64,000 bases of DNA from a virus (taxonomy: Duplodnaviria > Heunggongvirae > Uroviricota > Caudoviricetes): positions 1 to 64,000 of IMG/VR virus record IMGVR_UViG_3300045146_000225; one strand, written 5' to 3'. Under the pieces are notes generated by a model, which saw only the letters and a list, made by a program, of their open reading frames with translations, searched no databases and was not told the origin of the DNA. Position 1 is the stretch's first letter. Every line of letters starts with the position of its first letter. Positions 57,346 through 64,000 of this stretch are shown here, in pieces. Made by a program: the position numbers and the translations under genes.

Positions 57346-60153
57346 TTATACCGCGCTGAACCCGCTTTGAGCGATTGATAGCTGACCACCTGGGCGTGTC
57401 ACTGTTATCTTGTTGATGAACTTGTGGATACCCCTGTTGAAGTCAACCGTAACGTCTAGCACTGCCGAGTTGTTCTCGAGAATGTAGGTGTCGTTGTTGT
57501 TCTCGTCTATCTGTATCGTGTACCCTGCTATGCCGTTGTTGTTGAATACTCCTTCTAGGTAGTTGTCTATTAGGGTATAGACACGCGACCTTGTGATAGG
57601 AGTGTTGTACTTGAACAGGAAGTTGAACAATATGTTCTCGATGTTCTTCTCTATCGTGATGAGCGTGTCGCGGACGTGAGCGTTGTTGAGTGCAGATTTA
57701 ACTCTGTTGTAAGCAGTGTTATTCGTGAACAACATCACACCACCCTTGCGCTTTTTGACGAGGAGGTTGTACCCTTTTGGCTCGAGTAAACCGCGGTCTG
57801 AATCGGTGAGTTCGTACTCGACACCAAGCACATCGAAGTCTGTTATCCTACCAGCGTTACCAGCTATGATGGTGTAAGGAGCATTGGCCTTGAACTTCTT
57901 GATATACGCGTTGCATGTATATGGTGAAGGTATCATAAGCTTCTCCTTGCCGTCGTCGTTTATCACGAGGTTGGGGAACGTGTAGTGTGCGAAAGACTCG
58001 ATGGGTACACCGTTAACGGTGTCGGAACCGAATGCGAACGTGTAGCTAGGGTTTAACGCCAAGTTACCACCTTCCGATATGTACTCGACGTTTACGATTC
58101 CACCCGAAGTGATGTCGATGAACGACGGGTCAACAGAGTTCTCGAACTCCTTCATAGAAGGCGCGTTCGTGAACAACATCGCTTGACCGTGCGTTGCGGC
58201 GAGCTTGCTGAGGTTGTACTTCGAACTAGCCTTAATGTCACCCTTGTACGAATCGACTATGTAACGTATGTCTATCGCGTCGCTCTCGGATATAGCTTGT
58301 GCGATGTTCGTGGTGAACAATGTTGACATTATGCTCTCCTGGTTCGAACCGTTAGGTAGGAGGTCGCTTGTTATAGCGAACGGTATCATCTTTGTACCAT
58401 TGAGTGTAGTGACCTGTTTAGACAAGCTCTTGTATACGATGAACTTGTTTCCAGAAATGTCTATACCTTCTACGGAAGGTGAAGCACTTGGTAAAGTCTC
58501 GATGTATAGGAAAGTTATTAACCCTTCTTTTACTTTAGATACTTTTGTTATGCGGGACATCCTTGGTCTACCATCTGTCACGGCTACCTTGATGTAATTT
58601 CCTACCTTGATGTATTCCTTGCTTATGTCATAAGCTTTTTTTTCAGTAGCGTCAGGTGTTTGCCCAACTTCTTCGAACTGCGTAACATCTAATTTCAAGA
58701 CGTTTGGTTTAGACAACTCGTATGAATCGAATATGTTTGTTGCAACGACGTTGCTATAATCAGATGCGGATGAAACTGTTATAGTTATATCATCACCATC
58801 TGAACCTAGTGTTGTTAATGTTGTCAACTGTGCATCGCTGTACGCCGATATGTTTATAACCTTTAAAGAAGCATCTGTTGATTCTTCTATTTTAAGATAT
58901 TTGTTCGTACCAGCTGTATCGCCGTTCTTCAAGAAACCGTACTCGTATAGCTTGTACAGGTTGCTGTCTTGGTAAGCTCTAACACCATAGTTCGACCCGC
59001 CAATCAGGTATGATTTTATGAGTGTTGCTGTTACTGGTGTGGCAGCAGTCGATACCATGTATTTAAGTGTGTTGCTTGTTATACCTCTGTACGATAGTGT
59101 GTCGATTATCTTAACGTTGTTGGCTGTTAAATCCACGTCGATGTAATTAGCACTATCAAGTAAACCGTGTCCAACTAGGTCGAGGCGTTTTGTCTCTACA
59201 TCGGTATTGTTGTAAGTACCGGATGTCAAATCAATCATATCTAGGTTGTCGGCATCAATAGCACACACCATCTGCGATATCGGGAACATGTTGTTGAATT
59301 TCCGGTCTATTGATATAATGGTACCGGTGTTATCTTTGAAGTCGGGTATGATGCTTCCCTCCACGTTAACTATAACGTTGGTTGTCTTCAACTGCAAGAA
59401 CTCTCCAATGGTTGATGTCTTCAACCCTGTAGTCGTGAAGTATTTAGAGAACACTGGGTCTGCTGCCAACTTGCGGTAATTTGTCCAGTCGCCGTCAACT
59501 ACAACTACACGCACGATGAAATCCGATATGTAATCATCGGGGTGAAGGTATGATGGAACTTCGACGTTTGCGCCTAGAGCCGCGTACCACTCGTTCACCG
59601 TGATATCGTAGCCGTTCGAGCTACCTTTCATGACGAACACGGTGGTCGTGCGCTGGCTGGTGTTTGCGAATGATAGGACGTGCGTTTTGTCTAATGTGCT
59701 CGTGTTGTTCTTGGTCCTGTTAAGCTCAGCGTCGCTGGCGTACCACAGTTTCTGGCGGTTGAACAGCTTGAACACCTCAACATCTGCCGACGCGTTGTTA
59801 ACGTCAGCACATTCCGTGTTGATGGTCGCTATGCTACCCCTGTGCGTGTTGCCTGGACCGCTGGTGGTGTCGATAGGTAAAACGTTAAGTGCGTAAACCG
59901 GTCCCTCGCGGAGCAATATCTCCAACGACTTGTGGAAGTAGCTGCCCTTCTTCTCGAGCATCTTGTCGTTGCTACCGTATATGTTCTTCGCTTGAGCGTC
60001 AGTGTTTATCTTGACGATAGTGTTGAACGGGCCTTTTTTAGACGAACCGATAAGCAGCCTCCCGTATTCGCTTACCTCGGATATTGTTGTACTGGCATCG
60101 TACTCGAACGTGTACACCCCAGACGCTTTCAGCGCATCTAAGTTTATATTCAT
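57346..60153 (-). CDS. Contractile tail sheath protein (gp18-like) with large insertions.
   Basis: C-terminal NGIAGYTIQIDENNNDTYILENNSAVLDVTVDFNRGIHKFINKITV aligns with T4 gp18 GGIYEYRVVCDTTNNTPSVIDRNEFVATFYIQPARSINYITLNFV. HVRDTLITIEKNI aligns with INVRRLFNMLKTNI. Confidence 0.75.
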   Translation of the reverse strand: MNINLDALKASGVYTFEYDASTTISEVSEYGRLLIGSSKKGPFNTIVKINTDAQAKNIYGSNDKMLEKKGSYFHKSLEILLREGPVYALNVLPIDTTSGPGNTHRGSIATINTECADVNNASADVEVFKLFNRQKLWYASDAELNRTKNNTSTLDKTHVLSFANTSQRTTTVFVMKGSSNGYDITVNEWYAALGANVEVPSYLHPDDYISDFIVRVVVVDGDWTNYRKLAADPVFSKYFTTTGLKTSTIGEFLQLKTTNVIVNVEGSIIPDFKDNTGTIISIDRKFNNMFPISQMVCAIDADNLDMIDLTSGTYNNTDVETKRLDLVGHGLLDSANYIDVDLTANNVKIIDTLSYRGITSNTLKYMVSTAATPVTATLIKSYLIGGSNYGVRAYQDSNLYKLYEYGFLKNGDTAGTNKYLKIEESTDASLKVINISAYSDAQLTTLTTLGSDGDDITITVSSASDYSNVVATNIFDSYELSKPNVLKLDVTQFEEVGQTPDATEKKAYDISKEYIKVGNYIKVAVTDGRPRMSRITKVSKVKEGLITFLYIETLPSASPSVEGIDISGNKFIVYKSLSKQVTTLNGTKMIPFAITSDLLPNGSNQESIMSTLFTTNIAQAISESDAIDIRYIVDSYKGDIKASSKYNLSKLAATHGQAMLFTNAPSMKEFENSVDPSFIDITSGGIVNVEYISEGGNLALNPSYTFAFGSDTVNGVPIESFAHYTFPNLVINDDGKEKLMIPSPYTCNAYIKKFKANAPYTIIAGNAGRITDFDVLGVEYELTDSDRGLLEPKGYNLLVKKRKGGVMLFTNNTAYNRVKSALNNAHVRDTLITIEKNIENILFNFLFKYNTPITRSRVYTLIDNYLEGVFNNNGIAGYTIQIDENNNDTYILENNSAVLDVTVDFNRGIHKFINKITVTRPGGQLSIAQSGFSAV

Positions 60154-60213
60154 GTATCCTTACTTTTTATTTATTTATTTGACACGGAGGTGTGAAAAAT
60201 GGAAAATTCCATG

Positions 60214-60221
60214 TATATTTG
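60214..60221 (+). promoter_or_regulatory. TATATTTG box.
   Basis: catgtatatttgctag, about 24 nt before the ATG at 60245. Confidence 0.5.
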
Positions 60222-60244
60222 CTAGAATTTAAAAATTTAAAACC

Positions 60245-60541
60245 ATGGAATACAAAGACAACCTACCAGTGAAGTACCTGACTGACACGTACAGGTTAAT
60301 TGATGGTTACCCACGTGACAGCGGTGACGTGGTTATAACAATAGTGCAAGCTATAAGGTCTTCTAGGAAGATTAAAAAATCGTGGTGCGCTGATGATTAC
60401 GTGTTTAGCTCAGACTTGTTCTTGCAGAATTTCGACATGGAAGTACTTGACGACTGCATATCTTGTGGTCTCGTCTTGAAGAAGAGCGATGGTGTGTTAT
60501 ATTTCTCGAACGATGGGCTGGGGTTGATTTTCAAGGCGTGA
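60245..60541 (+). CDS. Hypothetical protein (98 aa).
   Basis: ORF plus promoter. Confidence 0.45.
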   Translation: MEYKDNLPVKYLTDTYRLIDGYPRDSGDVVITIVQAIRSSRKIKKSWCADDYVFSSDLFLQNFDMEVLDDCISCGLVLKKSDGVLYFSNDGLGLIFKA

Positions 60542-60667
60542 TGGTAAAGATACAGTATCGTTGTAAATGGTGGTATCTTCAATAAATAACAAAAACTAGC
60601 ACTTGGATAACCGATAATTATATCCAGTATAGGAAAAGTATAGTGTAAAAAATACAATCGTGTTTAT

Positions 60668-61201
60668 ATGTCATATGTCGTCAGCGAGAATATAACTAAC
60701 AGGCTTGTCCTCCACAAGGATGATTCCGTTAACTCGGTAAAGGTTTGCGTCGAGGATACCAGACCGCTCCTTTACATTATGCCGTTCGTGCTTGATTCCG
60801 TGAACTCGAAGATAAAGCACGTGTACTTACACAAGAGGCAGGACATGTTCGGCGATACGGTAACGTCTGTTCTTGGCGTGAACACGGTTAACTTCAACAC
60901 TAACCTCGATGTTGTCAACGCGTTCGTGTCGAAGTTCTTCAGCATACCGCAGAACAAGATAGATACCGAGCGTGTGTTCTACCTCGGTGATGTCGATGTA
61001 GCCATGTCAGTTTTCAAATCATCTTACACGTGTTACGGTGTCAACATAACTGGGCTTATCGGTGATGACGAGGTGGAGTTCAACATAGGTGATGACGGTA
61101 CCATGTGCAGGGTGTCGTATTACGACATCACGAAGGGTCATTACATGGATAACATGACCATGGCTATAACGTTCCAGTTGATGTCGTACTTCATGTTGTG
61201 A
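60668..61201 (+). CDS. Hypothetical protein (177 aa).
   Basis: ORF. Confidence 0.5.
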   Translation: MSYVVSENITNRLVLHKDDSVNSVKVCVEDTRPLLYIMPFVLDSVNSKIKHVYLHKRQDMFGDTVTSVLGVNTVNFNTNLDVVNAFVSKFFSIPQNKIDTERVFYLGDVDVAMSVFKSSYTCYGVNITGLIGDDEVEFNIGDDGTMCRVSYYDITKGHYMDNMTMAITFQLMSYFML

Positions 61202-61269
61202 TTTTATACAATATGAAAAACATATTGTTTTTTTAAGTATATTAGCGGTATAATTAAAAACTATTTTTT

Positions 61270-61719
61270 ATGACTAGAAACGAATGGGTATCGACGCACG
61301 TGTGTTGTCCGAAGTGCGGGTCGCTTTCGATTATGAAATCGGACAAGGACGTTCCCGATGTTGATGATTACATCGACGAGGTTAATTCCGCCAAGTGTAC
61401 CGCTTGCGGTTGGAAGGGTATGGTGAAGCAGCTGGTTGATGACCCCAACAGGCTTGCCGGTGTTGAAACGCTCAATGTTGCTATACGTACCATGGACAAG
61501 GACGGTGATGTTTTCATCAGCGCGAGGGATACCATTGGTTCTATATTACAATTCGGGTCTGTGCTGATCGCTAACCTGCAAGATGAGTCTGCGAAGCAAT
61601 ACACTAAGAATATATTGACAGAAATCATAAAGATGATCAGTTCGACCGATGCGCACCATATGAAAGCCAAGTTGTTGGCTCAGGCTGATATACTTGAAGA
61701 AGGTGCATCACAGGAGTAA
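61270..61719 (+). CDS. Hypothetical protein with an N-terminal zinc ribbon (CCPKCGS...CTACGW).
   Basis: ORF. Confidence 0.5.
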   Translation: MTRNEWVSTHVCCPKCGSLSIMKSDKDVPDVDDYIDEVNSAKCTACGWKGMVKQLVDDPNRLAGVETLNVAIRTMDKDGDVFISARDTIGSILQFGSVLIANLQDESAKQYTKNILTEIIKMISSTDAHHMKAKLLAQADILEEGASQE

Positions 61720-62189
61720 TGTTGCTTAGGTAAATGTGTATGTTATAACGATGAGTAAATGTAGAATAATAGAGAGGACACTTCCTTGCGAAAGGAAAAT
61801 ATTCATTATCCAACAGAAGCATTTTTTATTTTTCTGGAAGTGGATTGATGCTAGTTGCAACCTGTTTGCTAAAAGTAACGATAGCTTTCTCACATTAGAA
61901 GAAGCAAAACTTAACTTGTGCCATTTCGATGGTAGTAAATCTTATGAGAAAATTATTTGGGAATAATAACTTAAATATGAAGTGCTATGTCTTACGATGT
62001 ATCCGTGTCCGAAGATGGTGTTCTTTCATTATCTTTCAAGGAACACTATGTTGATAACATGTACTGGTGTACTGATTTCGATATAACGTTCGAAATGTTG
62101 CCGTCATTCATGAATATGTTCGGTGATATAGTTTTCGACAATAAGTTATCTATAAGTGAGGTTTGTTTGTTCGTTGATGAATTCAAAAA

Positions 62190-62456
62190 ATGCAATTATC
62201 CGTGAATATTTACTTTGATTCTTTGGTGTTATGTATAATCGTCTTGCCGTTCTTGTTATTCTTCTTGACCGTGTTCTCGAAACACGAGGTGCTATGCAAG
62301 GACTATGGTAATAATGTTGTTATTGATAAAACCAATGGCAAGTTCTTGTGGGTGTCGTACAAGAAGACTGTGTGTGAGACTAGAATAGTCAGAATTGTCG
62401 TAGAATACAAGGTGTTGTGGTTCACGTATAATAGAGTATATTTCAAGTATTTGTAA
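62190..62456 (+). CDS. Small transmembrane protein, paralog 1 of 3 tandem copies.
   Basis: N-terminal transmembrane helix plus a conserved K.GKFLWV.Y..T...V.I...EY....Y...FKY C-terminus. Confidence 0.45.
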   Translation: MQLSVNIYFDSLVLCIIVLPFLLFFLTVFSKHEVLCKDYGNNVVIDKTNGKFLWVSYKKTVCETRIVRIVVEYKVLWFTYNRVYFKYL

Positions 62457-62487
62457 ATTTTAACACGTAATCATTTAATTAAAATCT

Positions 62488-62742
62488 ATGTTGTTTTATT
62501 ATTTCATTTTTTCGTCCGTGGTTATTTTATCGGTTATGATGTTCGTCTATAAATCATTTTTGGATCCACATAACCTGTACTGTAAAAAATGTGGCACTAG
62601 CTCTATCATTTCCGTGGTTAAAGGTAGGCGGCTGTGGGTTAATTACACAGAAACAACCAGCGAGGTCAATATCGTTAGGAACACGAAAGAGTACAAGTTC
62701 CTTGGTTTAACGTACACCAAGATCTTTTTCAAGTACGTTTAA
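62488..62742 (+). CDS. Small transmembrane protein, paralog 2.
   Basis: Same architecture. It has an extra CKKCG pair. Confidence 0.45.
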   Translation: MLFYYFIFSSVVILSVMMFVYKSFLDPHNLYCKKCGTSSIISVVKGRRLWVNYTETTSEVNIVRNTKEYKFLGLTYTKIFFKYV

Positions 62743-62748
62743 TTAAAA

Positions 62749-63018
62749 ATGTTTTTTATGGTAATTTGGTTTGTTTATATCTGTGTTCTTATAATGTTAA
62801 TGCTCTATAACGTTTCATTCTCTAAGTATGAAAAAACAGAGGAGTATAATAAAACGAGTAAGGCTGTAAAGTATACAAAGGATGGTAAATTCTTGTGGAT
62901 TCGTTACAACAAGATTGTTAGCGTTGTTGATATCACGGAATCATTTGTTGTTATAGAATATGAAATATTCTTGTTCAAGAAATGTGTTGTCTTTATAACA
63001 ACCAGTAAAGATCGTTAA
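62749..63018 (+). CDS. Small transmembrane protein, paralog 3.
   Basis: Same architecture. Confidence 0.45.
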   Translation: MFFMVIWFVYICVLIMLMLYNVSFSKYEKTEEYNKTSKAVKYTKDGKFLWIRYNKIVSVVDITESFVVIEYEIFLFKKCVVFITTSKDR

Positions 63019-63036
63019 TTTTTAATTACAACCAAT

Positions 63037-64000
63037 ATGGCAAAAGCAAGTGCTTTCGAGAAATTAAATTCAATGGTGTCCAAGAAGCTGGACGATGGTA
63101 AGAACGGGTTCAGGATATTCGAGAGGTTCGGTAAGGTCACCGACTACATATCCTTGAACAACTACATGTTGAACGCCCAGATTTCAGGTGATTTGTTCCT
63201 CGGTTTACCCAACACGCGGAGCTTGGAGTGGGCTGGTAAATCTGGTACAGGTAAGACTATAATGTGCCTGAACATGATGCAGGATGCCCAGCGTAAGGGT
63301 TACTGTATTTATTACATCGATACCGAGGGTGCGATAGACGAGGGCCAGTTCGATAACTTCGGTATAGATGACTCGCCCAGTTGCTTGCAGCACATCCGTA
63401 ACATAAGCACGTTCGAGAAGCTGATAGAGTGTGTTAACACCATCATCGACAACGTTCGCAAGGTGCGTGCCGAATTGTCGGAAGACGAGGAGATGAAGGT
63501 GATGATAGTGATAGACTCTATCGGCATGTTGAACGCGTCCACCGCTCTCGAAAATGCGCTTAAAGGCAAGTACGCCGAGGACATGGGTAAGCGTGCCAAG
63601 CTCACTAAGGAGCTTTTCAGGAATATAACACTGCCTTTGTCGAACCTTGGTATCCCGCTCGTGTTCACCAACCACACGTCCAACAGCCTCGATTTATTCG
63701 CGATCGACAAAGAGGTTATGTCTTCAGGCGAGGGACCAACGTTCGCGGCTAGTTTCATCACGCTTCTCGGCAAGGCCAACTACCTTAAAGAGGAATCTGG
63801 CGACGGTGAGAAGAACAAGACAGGCGTGTTGTTGCGTGCTAGGAGTCACAAGAACCGTGGTGTTGTTCCAATGGATGTGAAGTTCCACTTGTCTTGGAAA
63901 AAAGGTATGAATCCTTATGTCGGGTTAGACCAGTTCATAGGGTGGGATAACTGCGGTGTTGATTTCGGGACGATAATGACAAAGGTTGACTTCGACAAGA
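63037..64000 (+). CDS. uvsX: UvsX/RecA-family recombinase, 3'-partial (it runs off the window).
   Basis: Walker A GKSGTGKT. DSIGMLNASTALENALKGKYAEDMGKRAKLTKELFRNITLPLSNLGIPLVFTNHT aligns with T4 UvsX DSLGNLASKKETEDALNEKVVSDMTRAKTMKSLFRIVTPYFSTKNIPCIAINHT. Confidence 0.8.
   Translation, partial: MAKASAFEKLNSMVSKKLDDGKNGFRIFERFGKVTDYISLNNYMLNAQISGDLFLGLPNTRSLEWAGKSGTGKTIMCLNMMQDAQRKGYCIYYIDTEGAIDEGQFDNFGIDDSPSCLQHIRNISTFEKLIECVNTIIDNVRKVRAELSEDEEMKVMIVIDSIGMLNASTALENALKGKYAEDMGKRAKLTKELFRNITLPLSNLGIPLVFTNHTSNSLDLFAIDKEVMSSGEGPTFAASFITLLGKANYLKEESGDGEKNKTGVLLRARSHKNRGVVPMDVKFHLSWKKGMNPYVGLDQFIGWDNCGVDFGTIMTKVDFDK

Overview
This window reads as about 64 kb of a T4-like contractile-tailed phage genome that infects a Bacteroidota host. 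I cannot run database searches, so every call rests on motifs and remembered family sequences read directly from the ORF translations and DNA.

The evidence for the T4-like myovirus call is:
- the 57346-60153 (-) protein matches T4 gp18 tail sheath along its C-terminal domain;
- 23622-24269 (-) matches the gp55 late sigma factor, and sits next to a RuvC-like resolvase;
- there is a gp32 single-strand DNA-binding protein (the AIIRFLPY block), a T4 RNase H-like 5'-3' exonuclease, and thymidylate synthase;
- a UvsX/RecA recombinase runs off the right edge;
- a class II ribonucleotide reductase and an SF2 DEAH helicase complete the replication set.

The evidence for a Bacteroidota host is:
- most early and middle genes are preceded by the Bacteroidota sigma -7 box TAnnTTTG (here TATATTTG), roughly 15-45 nt upstream of the start codon;
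- a signal-peptide protein at 549-1022 ends in a type IX secretion (Por_Secre_tail) C-terminal domain.

Layout:
- Positions 1-23.6 kb are a long minus-strand late structural operon. It holds a collagen-like fibre, a 1985-aa giant protein, 1192-, 1032-, 730- and 307-aa virion proteins, and one tRNA-Met. An intact IS605-type tnpB is fused to a 5'-truncated SPFH gene inside it.
- Positions 25-37 kb are an AT-rich accessory island inside an otherwise roughly 50 % GC genome. It carries a C5 cytosine methyltransferase, a host-like NAD-dependent ligase (LigA), a Dam methyltransferase, an amber-interrupted HTH controller gene, and a 1054-aa MmeI-like Type IIL restriction-modification fusion. IS30 transposase fragments and a 225-bp repeat element, whose 3' terminus resembles the inverted repeat beside the IS30 C-terminal fragment, are scattered through it.
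- A second C5 methyltransferase lies at 42.8 kb.
- Positions 46.0-47.3 kb are a 1.3-kb non-coding array directly upstream of the helicase gene. It contains 41-bp direct repeats, CA repeats, AT palindromes and 250-bp repeat units, and I read it as a candidate replication origin.
- Positions 47-64 kb hold the replication and recombination module, plus a hyper-acidic 224-aa protein and a tail sheath operon.
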